Shown piece after piece: positions 14,301 through 29,300 of a DNA stretch of 64,000 nucleotides. Below the pieces are notes generated by a model, which did no database searches, was not told where the DNA came from, and worked only from the letters and a program-made list of their open reading frames with translations. Position 1 is the stretch's first letter. Each line of letters starts with the position of its first letter. Both the position numbers and the translations under genes were made by a program. Source of the stretch: Nemertoderma westbladi (taxonomy: Eukaryota > Animalia > Xenacoelomorpha); contig JAUCBJ010001693.1 of assembly GCA_032718475.1 (NCBI GenBank), positions 14,641-78,640 on the forward strand, in the 5' to 3' direction.

Positions 14301-17300
14301 GAAACACAAGTAAGTTGTTAACTGTATCATCGATAGCTTGGATCTGGGCCTCTGTAGAAATTCAAGTAAGTTGTTAACTGTATCATCGATAGCTTGGATC
14401 TTGGACTCTGTAGAAACACAAGTAAGTTGTTAACTGTATCATCGATAGCTTGGATCTGGGTCTCTGTAGAAACACATGTAAGTTGTTAACTGTATCATCG
14501 ATAGCTTGGATCTGGGTCTCTGTAGAAACAAACACAAGTAAGTTGTTAACTGTATCATCGATAGCTTGGATTTGGGTCTCTGTAGAAACACAAGTAAGTT
14601 GTTAACTGTATCATCAATAGCTTGGATCTGGGTCTCTGTAGAAACACAAGTAAGTTGTTAACTGTACCATCGATAGCTTGGATCTGGGACTCTGTAGAAA
14701 CTCAAATAAGTTGTTAACTGTATCATCGATAGCTTGGATCTGGGTCTCTGTAGAAACACAAGTAAGTTGTTAACTGTATCATCGATAGCTTGGATCTGGG
14801 TCTCTGTAGAAACACAAGTAAGTTGTTAACTGTATCATCGATAGCTTGGATTTGGGTCTCTGTAGAAACACAAGTAAGTTGTTAACTGTATCATCGATAG
14901 CTTGGATCTGGGTCTCTGTAGAAACACAAGTAAGTTGTTAACTGTATCATCGATAGCTTGGATCTGGGTCTCTGTAGAAACACATGTAAGTTGTTAACTG
15001 TATCATCGATAGCTTGGATCTGGGTCTCTGTAGAAACAAACACAAGTAAGTTGTTAACTGTATCATCGATAGCTTGGATCTGGGTCTCTGTAGAAACACA
15101 AGTAAGTTGTTAACTGTATCATCGATAGCTTGGATCTGGGTCTCTGTAGAAACACAAGTAAGTTGTTAACGGTATCATCGATAGCTTGGATCTGGGTCTC
15201 TGTAGAAACACAAGTAAGTTGTTAACTGTATCATCGATAGCTTGGATCTGGGTCTCTGTAGAAACACAAGTAAGTTGTTAACTGTATCATCGATAGCTTG
15301 GATCTGGGTCTCTGTAGAAACACAAGTAAGTTGTTAACTGTATCATCGATAGCTTGGATCTGGGTCTCTGTAGAAACACAAGTAAGTTGTTAACTGTACC
15401 ATCGATAACTTGGATCTGGGACTCTGTAGAAACACAAGTAAGTTGTTAACTGTATCATCGATAGCTTGGATCTGGGTCTCTGTAGAAACACAAGTAAGTT
15501 GTTAACTGTATCATCGATAGCTTGGATCTGGGTCTCTGTAGAAACACAAGTAAGTTGTTAACTGTATCATCGATAGCTTGGATCTGGGACTCTGTAGAAA
15601 CACAAGTAAGTTGTTAACTGTATCATCGATAGCTTGGATCTGGGTCTCTGTAGAAACACAAGTAAGTTGTTAACTGTATCATCGATAGCTTGGATCTGGG
15701 TCTCTGTAGAAACAAACACAAGTAAGTTGTTAACTGTATCATCGATAGCTTGGATTTGGGTCTCTGTAGAAACACAAGTAAGTTGTTAACTGTATCATCG
15801 ATAGCTTGGATCTGGGTCTCTGTAGAAACACAAGTAAGTTGTTAACTGTATCATCGATAGCTTGGATCTGGGTCTCTGTAGAAACACAAGTAAGTTGTTA
15901 ACTGTATCATCGATAGCTTGGATCTGGGTCTCTGTAGAAACAAACACAAGTAAGTTGTTAACTGTATCATCGATAGCTTGGATCTGGGCCTCTGTAGAAA
16001 CACAAGTAAGTTGTTAACTGTATCATCGATAGCTTGGATCTGGGCCTCTGTAGAAACACAAGTAAGTTGTTAACTGTATCATCGATAGCTTGGATCTGGG
16101 TCTCTATAGAAACACAAGTAAGTTGTTAACTGTATCATCGATAGCTTGGATCTGGGTCTCTGTAGAAACAAACACAAGTAAGTTGTTAACTGTATCATCG
16201 ATAGCTTGGATCTGGGCCTCTGTAGAAACACAAGTAAGTTGTTAACTGTATCATCGATAGCTTGGATCTGGGCCTCTGTAGAAACACAAGTAAGTTGTTA
16301 ACTGTATCATCGATAGCTTGGATCTGGGTCTCTATAGAAACACAAGTAAGTTGTTAACTGTATCATCGATAGCTTGGATCTGGGTCTCTGTAGAAACACA
16401 AGTAAGTTGTTAACTGTATCATCGATAGCTTGGATCTGGGTCTCTATAGAAACAAACACAAGTAAGTTGTTAACTGTATCATCGATAGCTTGGATCTGGG
16501 TCTCTGTAGAAACACAAGTAAGTTGTTAACTGTATCATCGATAGCTTGGATCTGGGTCTCTGTAGAAACAAACACAAGTAAGTTGTTAACTGTATCATCG
16601 ATAGCTTGGATTTGGGTCTCTGTAGAAACACAAGTAAGTTGTTAACTGTATCATCGATAGCTTGGATCTGGGTCTCTGTAGAAACACAAGTAAGTTGTTA
16701 ACTGTATCATCGATAGCTTGGATCTGGGTCTCTGTAGAAACACATGTAAGTTGTTAACTGTATCATCGATAGCTTGGATCTGGGTCTCTGTAGAAACACA
16801 AGTAAGTTGTTAACTGTATCATCGATAGCTTGGATCTGGGTCTCTGTAGAAACACAAGTAAGTTGTTAACTGTATCATTGATAGCTTGGATCTGGGACTC
16901 TGTAGAAACACAAGTAAGTTGTTAACTGTATCATCGATAGCTTGGATCTGGGTCTCTGTAGAAACACAAGTAAGTTGTTAACTGTATCATCGATAGCTTG
17001 GACCTGGGTCTCTGTAGAAACACAAGTAAGTTGTTAACTGTATCATCGATAGCTTGGATCTGGGTCTCTGTAGAAACACAAGTAAGTTGTTAACTGTATC
17101 ATCGATAGCTTGGATCTGGGTCTCTGTAGAAACACAAGTAAGTTGTTAACTGTATCATCGATAGCTTGGATCTGGGTCTCTGTAGAAACACAAGTAAGTT
17201 GTTAACTGTATTATCGATAGCTTGGATCTGGGTCTCTGTAGAAACACAAGTAAGTTTTTAACTGTATCATCGATAGCTTGGATCTGGGCCTCTGTAGAAA

Positions 17301-20300
17301 CACAAGTAAGTTGTTAACTGTATCATCGATAGCTTGGATCTGGGTCTCTGTAGAAACACAAGTAAGTTGTTAACTGTATCATCGATAGCTTGGATCTGGG
17401 TCTCTGTAGAAACAAACACAAGTAAGTTGTTAACTGTATCATCGATAGCTTGGATCTGGGCCTCTGTAGAAACACAAGTAAGTTGTTAACTGTATCATCG
17501 ATAGCTTGGATCTGGGTCTCTAGAAACACAAGTAAGTTGTTAACTGTATCATCGATAGCTTGGATCTGGGTCTCTGTAGAAACACAAGTAAGTTGTTAAC
17601 TGTATCATCGATAGCTTGGATCTGGGCCTCTGTAGAAACACAAGTAAGTTGTTAACTGTATCATCGATAACTTGGATCTGGGTCTCTGTAGAAACACAAG
17701 TAAGTTGTTAACTGTATCATCGATAGCTTGGATCTGGGTCTCTGTAGAAACACAAGTAAGTTGTTAACTGTATCATCGATAGCTTGGATCTGGGTCTCTG
17801 TAGAAACACAAGTAAGTTGTCAACGGTATCATCGATAGCTTGGATCTGGGTCTCTGTAGAAACACAAGTAAGTTGTTAACTGTATCATCGATAGCTCGGA
17901 TCGTGTACTTCTCAAACAGACAGAGGAACAAATATCACCAGCAATGAAATTAACAATGTTTTTTATTTCAGTTATCGGTAATGTGATGGTTAGGGGACTT
18001 TCCGGAGGCGAAAAGAAAAGAGCAAATATAGCCAGCGAGTTGCTAACCAACCCTTCCTTGCTGCTTCTCGATGTGAGTTGGTTGGACAGTATATATTTAT
18101 TATTAGAAGAGTATTAATTATTAATTAATACGATTTTTGAATTTCATTACATTTTCGTATAATTTCAAAGGTTAATCAGGAAATCAGACCAGTTGAGTAC
18201 CTCCCTCGACTTTTCCTGCAGTTAGTAGTAGTAGATAATCTCAGACAATTATTTAGTTTATATATTAGGACTATTATTCGATAAAAAAAAAGTAAGCGCA
18301 AAACACCGATTTTTTCACTCATTTTCAATTTAGCGAAATTCAACTATTCTGTCCGAGTGGTTGAGTTTTACACGAGTTGGCAGTTTTTTGGAACGAGGAA
18401 AGCTAGTGTTAAAATGCCAACGAGTGGAAAACTCAACACACGAGGGCAGAATATCTCAATTTTGCTGAAGAAAATGAGTGGAAAATAGTGTTTTCCGTTA
18501 CATTTTTATATCGAATATATTGTTTTATTTGAAAAAAAGTATCACCAGCGTTATCACTGTGTCCTTGTCCTTGGATTTCTAAGGCATAAGTTGCCGGTGC
18601 TAGGAATTACCACAAAACACCCCAAAAGATACCAAAAGACCCAAAATAGTTCAAAAATACTTAAAAAAACAGGTACCTGATCCGTTCCCTTACCAGCTTA
18701 CAGTTAAGGTATTCCTGAACTGTTAGGTATTTTGCGGGGTAGGTATTTTGGTGTATTCTGGGGTATTTTAGGTAATTCGTAGGATCAAAATCTTCCGAAA
18801 AAAACGTTGCGTCAGCCTTCTCATTAAAATTGTGGATCACCTCCAGATCGTCAAGAAGGATGTTATTACTGTATTAGGCCGATGGCCTACCATAGGTCCG
18901 GTACTTCTCGCTGCCATTCTGCTGGATGACCCTGGTCTAATTCAAATACCGGTATTATAATAGTTGTACAGTAAACACAGTACCGGTACAAATGGTTTAT
19001 TGACATATATCTAAGTCTGGTAATTCCTTTTTACCTTTTTACACATTGCAGTCTACACCCTCAGCCTGTCTGTACCTGTCATTATTCCGTACCGGTCCCG
19101 GTATAAACAATTTGGTTTCATTTTTTTATGTGTGAGCTGTATGATGAATTACATTTAAAATAACTATTGACATACTTGTTGCAATAACTATTGACATACT
19201 TGTTGCAATAACTATTGACATACTTGTTGCAATAACTATTGACATACTTGTTGCAATAACTATTTACATACTTGTTGCAATAACTATTGACATACTTGTT
19301 GCAATAACTATTGACATACTTGTTGCAATAACTATTTACATACTTGTTGCAATAACTATTTACATACTTGTTGCAATAACTATTTACATACTTGTTGCAA
19401 TAACTATTTACATACTTGTTGCAATAACTATTTACATACTTGTTGCAATAACTATTTACATACTTGTTGCAATAACTGTTGACATACTTGTTGCAATAAC
19501 TATTTACATACTTGTTGCAATAACTATTTACATACTTGTTGTAATAACTATTTACATACTTGTTGCAATAACTATTTACATACTTGTTGCAATAACTATT
19601 TACATACTTGTTGCAATAACTATTTACATACTTGTTGCAATAACTATTTACATACTTGTTGCAATAACTATTGACATACTTGTTGCAATAACTATTTACA
19701 TACTTGTTGCAATAACTATTGACATACTTGTTGCAATAACTATTGACATACTTGTTGCAATAACTATTGACATACTTGTTGCAATAACTATTTACATACT
19801 TGTTGCAATAACTATTGACATACTTGTTGCAATAACTATTGACATACTTGTTGCAATAACTATTTACATACTTGTTGCAATAACTATTTACATACTTGTT
19901 GCAATAACTATTTACATACTTGTTGCAATAACTATTTACATACTTGTTGCAATAACTATTTACATACTTGTTGCAATAACTATTGACATACTTGTTGCAA
20001 TAACTATTTACATACTTGTTGCAATAACTATTGACATACTTGTTGCAATAACTATTGACATACTTGTTGCAATAACTATTGGCATACTTGTTGCAATAAC
20101 TATTGACATACTTGTTGCAATAACTATTGACATGCTTGTTGCAATAACTATTGACATACTTGTTGCAATAACTATTTACATACTTGTTGCAATAACTATT
20201 GACATACTTGTTGCAATAACTATTGACATACTTGTTGCAATAACTATTTACATACTTGTTGCAATAACTATTTACATACTTGTTGCAATAACTATTTACA

Positions 20301-23300
20301 TACTTGTTGCAATAACTATTTACATACTTGTTGCAATAACTATTTACATACTTGTTGCAATAACTATTTACATACTTGTTGCAATAACTATTTACATACT
20401 TGTTGCAATAACTATTGACATACTTGTTGCAATAACTATTTACATACTTGTTGCAATAACTATTGACATACTTGTTGCAATAACTATTGACATACTTGTT
20501 GCAATAACTATTGACATACTTGTTACAATAACTATTGACATACTTGTTGCAATAACTATTGACATACTTGTTGCAATAACTATTGACATACTTGTTGCAA
20601 TAACTATTTACATACTTGTTGCAATAACTATTGACATACTTGTTGCAATAACTATTGACATACTTGTTGCAATAACTATTGACATACTTGTTGCAATAAC
20701 TATTTACATACTTGTTGCAATAACTATTTACATACTTGTTGCAATAACTATTTACATACTTGTTGCAATAACTATTTACATACTTGTTGCAATAACTATT
20801 TACATACTTGTTGCAATAACTATTGACATACTTGTTGCAATAACTATTGACATACTTGTTGCAATAACTATTGACATACTTGTTGCAATAACTATTTACA
20901 TACTTGTTGCAATAACTATTTACATACTTGTTGCAATAACTATTGACATACTTGTTGCAATAACTATTTACATACTTGTTGCAATAACTATTTACATACT
21001 TGTTGCAATAACTATTTACATACTTGTTGCATTAACTATTTACATACTTGTTGCAATAACTATTGACATACTTGTTGCAATAACTATTTACATACTTGTT
21101 GCAATAACTATTTACATACTTGTTGCTATAACTATTTACATACTTGTTGCAATAACTATTGACATACTTGTTGCAATAACTATTTACATACTTGTTGCAA
21201 TAACTATTGACATACTTGTTGCAATAACTATTGACATACTTGTTGCAATAACTATTGACATACTTGTTGCAATAACTATTGACATACTTGTTGCAATAAC
21301 TATTGACATACTTGTTGCAATAACTATTTACATACTTGTTGCAATAACTATTGACATACTTGTTGCAATAACTATTGACATACTTGTTGCAATAACTATT
21401 TACATACTTGTTGCAATAACTATTTACATACTTGTTGCAATAACTATTGACATACTTGTTGCAATAACTATTGACATACTTGTTGCAATAACTATTGACA
21501 TACTTGTTGCAATAACTATTGACATACTTGTTGCAATAACTATTTACATACTTGTTGCAATAACTATTTACATACTTGTTGCAATAACTATTGACATACT
21601 TGTTGCAATAACTATTTACATACTTGTTGCAATAACTATTTACATACTTGTTGCAATAACTATTTACATACTTGTTGCAATAACTATTTACATACTTGTT
21701 GCAATAACTATTGACATACTTGTTGCAATAACTATTGACATACTTGTTGCAATAACTATTGACATACTTGTTGCAATAACTATTTACATACTTGTTGCAA
21801 TAACTATTTACATACTTGTTGCAATAACTATTGACATACTTGTTGCAATAACTATTTTCATACTTGTTGCAATAACTATTTACATACTTGTTGCAATAAC
21901 TATTTACATACTTGTTGCAATAACTATTTACATACTTGTTGCAATAACTATTTACATACTTGTTGCAATAACTATTTACATACTTGTTGCAATAACTATT
22001 TACATACTTGTTGCAATAACTATTTACATACTTGTTGCAATAACTATTTACAGTACTTGTTGCATACTTTGACAGCTGTGTTGCATACCTATTGTCATAC
22101 TTGTTGCACTAACGTACGTTACATGACTTGTGTGCAATAACTATTTAGCCTACTTGTTGCAATCACTATTTACATACTTGTTGCAATAACTGTTTACATA
22201 CTTGTGTGTAAAGTAGCACTTTACAGTGTGATGATCCGAGTGGCTTTGTTACACGAACGAACGTTAGTGAGTGAGTGAAAATAAAGCCACGAGGATCAGA
22301 ATACTGTAAAGTACTTTGCAACAAGTATGTATGTAGTTTTATTCCAAAATTGTAACATTACGAAATGATTGTGTATATATTATAAGTGATAGAAACTGTA
22401 CAAATTATATTAGTTGCTGTATAAATAAATGTAAAAATGACATAAATTATGTTATAAATAAGTTAGCTTATATTTATGGTGGCGTTTGGAGCCATGTTAT
22501 AATAATATACCTAGGCCCTACCGGTTATTAATAGCTATACCCCGCCTACCGGTAGGTAATGTAGTAGACCTATCTGGCTGTCACCCAAATTTCCACTTAT
22601 TGTCCAATGACAATGAAATGAGTGGTATCCAATGACGGCGTTAAATGTCCCCTTAGTGCACATTTACTTAACGTTGTCATGGGTTACCACGTAAACAATA
22701 ACACGAAATACAATACTAAATGTACAGGCCAATACAATGCTGTAATATCCTCTAAAGTTGTAAAGTGCTAAATAACAACTCGATGTTAATACTAACGGCG
22801 TTGAGTAATGTTACAATTTTGGAATAAAAATATTTTTTAAAAATTTGTTTAAAAATATATTTTTTTTTAATTTTCAAAAAATTAGTTAAAAAATTACTTT
22901 TTTAAACTAATTTTCCAAAAAATAGTTAAAAAATAGACTTTTTTAAACTAATTTTCGGGAAATTTGTGAAAAAATTAAGATTTAGAAAGAGCCCTTTTCA
23001 AATAAAAAGGCTCTTTTTCTCACTAATAATTTTAAAATTGAGTTAATTTATCTAACTTTTTTTCACTAATTTCCAGAAAATTAGTTAAAAAAGTCTTTTT
23101 TAACTAATTTTAGCTTACTGTACAGCTAGCTCAAAACAATATTCCGTCTGTACAGTAGTAAAGGTAGTACCGGTACTTGTACACGGTAACACAGTGGGCC
23201 TAGTACTGTACAATACTGCAGTACAATTTGAATACTGATATTGGTGATAGTGGATAGACCCGTCTCATCCTCAGATCCTACAGAATAGCTGTTAGCAGTA

Positions 23301-26300
23301 CCGGACCTGGTGGTAGGCCTAAATATTGACGATCTGTACCCTCTCGAAAATTTGAATGAGCAAGATGACGCGATGTTTTCGGAGCTACTGACTCAGAAAT
23401 CTTAGGATGATATATATCTGAATGCGTGGGCGGCATTAATAGAGTATTATCGTCGTAAGTAAACAACGATAACGCTGCTGATATTTTTTTCAAATAAAAT
23501 AATATATTCGATATAAAAACATTACGGAAAACACTATTTTCCACTCATTTTCTTTAGCAATATTCAGTTATTCTAACCTCGTGTGGACAGAATCGTTGTA
23601 TTTCGCTAAATTGAAAATGAGTGAAAAAAGCGGTGTTTTCCGCTTACTTTTTTTTTTATCGAAAAATAGTCCTATATACTGACACCTCATTATACCAAGC
23701 GTCGCTTTGGTTGATCAACCTGTTCAACAACTTGTGCTATGGCAACAATTATAGCGATTTTATCCAATAGGAACCGACCTCTGGTTTAGACTCATCCACT
23801 GCCCTTCAACTTATGACCACCCTCAAGCGGTTCACACGCGAATCGGGGAAAACTGTTATAACCAGTATCCATCAGCCTTCAAGTCAAATATTCGAGGTTG
23901 GTAGTTTTTCTATGTAACCCTTATTTACCCTTCAATTTTACACTTAAATATTTGAGTTGGGTAGTTTATACTATTTGGAGGCAGACACGTTCAAGTGTTA
24001 TGGAGACATCAGCGAACGAGGATTATCCGTTTGTGTTGACTTTGATTTGTGTGTCCGTTTGTCTAATTGAGTAAGTCCAGTGGTAAGGCAACCCCGACAG
24101 TATAGTAAACCAGTAACAAACTGTATTAATGTATATCAAGGCGTCTTTTAATACTTTATTAAAGGACGCCTTGTCCTTTAATATAGGCCAGGTTCCACCT
24201 TGGTGTAGTGGTTGTATTGAATTCACATCTCCCGTAGGTCGTGGGTTCGATCCTCACATGGGCCAGGGCAGTTTTCGTTTCGGCACGAATGCTTTAAAGG
24301 GACCAGCCAGGCGCATCTCTCTGCCTTGCATCCTTAACCATTTAACGCCCATTGCACCTTAAATGGAACATGGTATATAGAGAGATATGGGCGGTTGCTG
24401 CTTTGAAAGAAACGTGATTTTTTTTTATATGAGTAAATTACATGTCAATTTCAAAACTGGAAATTGCCTGTTGAAAAGTGGTATTTTTGAAAAATTTAGG
24501 TGTCTTTTTGAATCTTAAAATTATGAGATGTGGGGTAGTCAAAAATTTTCCAAAATTAGCTTTCCTGTTGGCCTGAATGCTATGTTAATCTTTTTTTATC
24601 AGTTTCAGCTTTCAAATTGTTATTTAACAATGTTTAATACAGCAGTAAAGTGAAATGTTCCATTTAAGGTGCGTTGGGACTTCAAACTCTTTTTTTTACA
24701 TTTTTTGAAAATTGCTTCATTTACTAACAGTTATAATTACTGTATAATTATGTTGCTATTACGCATCATTTTATCTCGTTTAGCTGTCATACAGTCCACA
24801 TTCTAGACCTGACTCGAATAAATTGCATTTCCTTGACCTGATTTTGATAAACTTTGTAAAAATGTGTGACACTCCTCGGGGTGGGCCACGATCTTACGCT
24901 CCCGATCTCAGTGAGGCCATGTCCTGTCCAGGTTTGCTGGGTGGTGGGGACAGGAAGAGCGGAGGTTGATGTCCTCTCGGGTTACTCTGCAGATGTGGAC
25001 AGGGAGGTTAGGGCAGAATCTAGGTGTGTGTTGGCTGGTTGGTGGCCAAGGATGAGGGAAACAAGGGGTCCAGCCTGGCAAACGGCGTCTACATTTGCAG
25101 CTGGTGCATGGTCAGTTGCCTTGTGCAGGCCTAGACCCCCCATAGCGGTTGGAAGGCATGCCTTGTTGTATGACCAGTCAGAGAGCGAACCTCCGACCAG
25201 GTCAGAAAAGGAGTCACGCATGATGAGGTCGAATTCCAAGGAATACTGCACTACCTGAGATGGAGGGCAACAGCGCAGGGCGTAGATGACCTTGTGGTAA
25301 GCAGGAGCGGAGGAGGGCAGTTTACATCTGTGAGTCCTGCAGGTCTGGCAGGCATGCAATTATGGCACGGACCTTTATTGATCCGTCCCATAACAGTATA
25401 AGGATCAGCATCAGTATATCAGAACAGCAGTACTTTTGTGCACAATCTACTTATTGATACAAAAGTCGATAACTTGATAGGCCTAGTCTATGTAGTTTAT
25501 ATACTATACCTATAGGACTATAAACGGAACTCGATAAACCGAAAGTAAATCTGACAGAACATCCCGGTTTACATCATCTGATAAATGGCTACTGGAACCT
25601 ATCTTAACAACAGTAACTTTTTTCCAGTTAGTTTATATCAGTAAGTACAGTATATCAGTGTTACACCTGCTTATCCATACTGTAGCTGAATAGCCTAACT
25701 AATTGCAGTAGCTTCTGAAAAATCAATGCCAGGGTCCTATATAATTTATGTAAGAACTTATAAAGTTCTGAAAAGAGAATGCCTTTCCAACATTTAGAAA
25801 AAAATATGTGCTCTAATGCCCAACGCACCTTAAATGGAACATAGCTGTAACTTCTGAACAAACACTTTTTTTGCAAAAGTGTAAATGTAAAGTTTTTTTA
25901 TTGGGCCATTTTGAGTTAGTTTCCAAAATATGAAACATTTTTGACATGGGGAAGTAGGTGTGGGCGTTAAACGGATAAGTGGTAGCTAAATGAGTACTGG
26001 AGTTTCCTCTGGGGAGTAAAGTTCTGGGGGGGGGGGGCCGCACTGGAAATAAGTCGTCAGACTTTGTGCGTAATACCTGGCCTAGCGGCCGAAGAAAATT
26101 TACTTTACTTTACTTTATTTTGTCCAATACCATAACAGCTGTAATACTGGGCTGGCAGTGTGTGATCTAAATGTTTCAGTTCAGTACATTTTATTTGTTC
26201 CAGATGTTCGATAAACTGTTGTTGCTTAGCAATGGACAAGTGGCTTACTATGGACCCGGTGCAGAAATTATTGACTTCTTTAAAGATGTTGGTGTTCCTT

Positions 26301-29300
26301 GTAAAACCAATTACAATCCCGCCGACTTTATTAGTAAGTTTATTGAAAACATAACTCCCTTTTTTTGTACCCATACCCAGCAGCCAGTAAACTCTATTCA
26401 GTCGACACCAAACAGTGCGCTCCAGGCAACAGGAATGTCTGCGGGTTCCTTTGCTAACTGGACTCGACTACAACCTGGACAAGTTCATATCGGAGGTTGG
26501 TGGCAAGTGAACCCAATAGCGGTCGCTTCCATCACAACGCTCCGCTTGTGTATCCTCCATAGTGTTCCAGATGAAAACATGAATATCTTTCCATTTTGCT
26601 TGTTTTTATACTGTGTAACTGTATTCTATCTATGAAACCGGGCCCACACACTGCCACTGATGGATTATTTTCCTCAGCGTTTAGAAACGGTAAAGTTTGT
26701 GGAATAAGAAATAAATAAATTATAAAATGCTATGCAATAAATCTACTAAGTTCATACTTTGCAATTTGTAGTGGAACAACTACGAGAATCTAAAGAGGTA
26801 GAAACCACTATTGTTGAGGGTTTCAATAAGATTCGGGAGAAGGACCCGGAGCTAAAACTACCGTCAGAAGGCGACGAGAATGTGAAAGTCGCTGTACTTC
26901 CAGAGGATAACACGGTTAGTGGGAAACTATTCAAGTGCAATGGACCCGTTTAGTGTTTGTATAGGTATAGCAGGTATTGTTTGTTACACAAAATGTATTT
27001 ACTATAATGTTGACTGTATTTACGTGTGTCTTTTATTTAGTAAATATTATTTTTTAATGATAGGAACATAAATGGAAGGAATCGAAATGGCCGACTTCGT
27101 TTTGGACACAGTATTCAACCCTCACCAAGAGAGCGTTCAAACAGAATATCAAAGTTATTCTTGATAAATTCAATATTATTCAACAGGTAAGTCACTTCTC
27201 CAGACAATCTCTGCAAAACGTAACACCTTCTTATCTTTATTTTAATTACCAATGAATAACAAATTATATACACCATGACCCGTAATATAGTGTCATTTTC
27301 TGATGACACGGACCCCCCCCCCCCCATATTTTTCTACAAATCTTTATCATATTGCTTGAAATTAGAAACACAACTAGTTCAACTCACCGTCGTTGTTACA
27401 ATGAAGCTGGAATTTTCGATTTCGCCTTTAAATTTTTTTATAAGCGTTTTAAAAAAGTGTCTTTTGCGAAATCGCACCCTCTGTATCATTGCCATTCTTC
27501 ACTTTAGTCGTAATTTTTGTCACATCAATAGAAAGCTTGCGTTGCAAGGATTTCAAATATGTAACAATATCTGAATTTCATTGAGAAACAGCTGAGATAT
27601 AGGCGTTCGAAGATTGCAAGAATTATTGTTCGCTGCAGGCCATTTATTCTATTTAATAAATACACAATATTCTAGAACAATTTGTTTATGTATGATTAGC
27701 TAGGCAATATAGATATTGTATAGGCATACCGCTGTTGCCTACCAACTCATAAAATAAATAACACATTCTAGAATTTTGTGTATTTATTAAATAGAATAAA
27801 TGGCCTCCAGCGAACAATAATTCTTGCAATCTTTGAATGCCTATTTCTCAGCTGTTTCTCAATGAAATTCAGATATTGTTACATATTTCGAATCCTTGCA
27901 ACGCAAGCTTTCTATTGATGTGAAAAAATTACGACTAAAGTGAAGAATGGCAATGATACAGAGGGTGCGATTTCGCAAAAGACACTTTTTTAAAACGCTT
28001 ATAAATAAAATTTAAAGGCGAAATCGAAAATTCCGGCTTCATGGTAACAACCACGGTGAGTTGAACTAGTTGTGTTTCAAATTTAATATGATAAAGATTT
28101 GTAGAAAAATCTGGGGGGGGGGGGGGGGGGGGGGTCCGTGTCATCAGAAAATGTCACTATATTACGGGTCTTGGTGTAATTCTTCAATAATATAGTGTTA
28201 TTCTATAAAATAATAAATTCTCTCATACACCATGTCCTGCAATATAGTGTCTTTATTACAAAAACACAAATCTTAGTGAGATTGCATGAAATTTGAAACA
28301 GAGATAGTTTCCCCTCCCGGCCACTGACTGGATGAGCCAGAATTTTTATTTTTTGATTTCAATCTTTAACTACAAGCGTTTAAAAAAAGTGTCTCCAGCG
28401 ATATTACACCAGTTACACCGCAGTTATTCTTCTACCTTATAGCTGTTTGTTGGTACCAATGGAAAGCTGGCCCTGCAAGGATTTCAAATATGTAACACAA
28501 TTTGAATTTCGTTGAAAAATAGCTGAGATACGAGCGTTCAAATGTTGCATGGTTTTGCACCTGCACGAGGGTATTTTATTCTATTAATAAATAAACCATA
28601 TTCTGGAACACGTTTTGAATGTATAAATAGCTAATTATAGTTAATTAGTTAGTTATTTATTGTCCCATGGGACCAATATAAACACACATCAAAACAAAAC
28701 AAAAAACAAGTCAGGACAACCAGTACCTATAATGCTTAACGTTTGCGTATCAGTGCTTAATAAGAGTATGATTAATAAGAGTATGATAATACTGTAGTAT
28801 GTTTTTATAATAGTATAGTGGCCATGGTATTCCAGATTATGATGCATTTATTAAATAGAATAAAACACCCTCGTGCAGGTGCATAACCATGCAACATTTG
28901 AACGCCCATGGCGAGTGTGAATATAACTTTAAGATAAATTGTATCTAATTATTTTAGACCATATATTAATATTTTAATAATTTATAAATTTTAGATTCCG
29001 TGCAATTTAATATATAATTACAGCACTTAGGTTTTTACCATTTACCCCGACTGGGGGGTGTCCAGATTAATTAATAAATTAATAATAAGATTAATCGTAA
29101 ATATATTTACGTACGATATTGTTCGTAAAAACAAAATATTTTTACTGCACTGTGAATAAAAGCATTTATGATTAATCGTACGATTTTTACGATTAATCGT
29201 ATTTTATGACGAAAATTAAAATAAGCTGATGTGAATAAAATTTTACGAACGATCGTTGTCGTAAATATTGATCGTACGTATTAGAAATCGTTCGTATATT

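Noticed and set aside
10047-17902. Long regular repeat arrays as CRISPR arrays
   Set aside because: No unique spacers, no cas genes, and a eukaryotic intron context.
20132-22072. 646-aa hydrophobic ORF of (ILVAITI[D/Y])n
   Set aside because: By-product of a stop-free 24-bp repeat; the ATG is a single-unit point variant; lies in an intron inside a TE.
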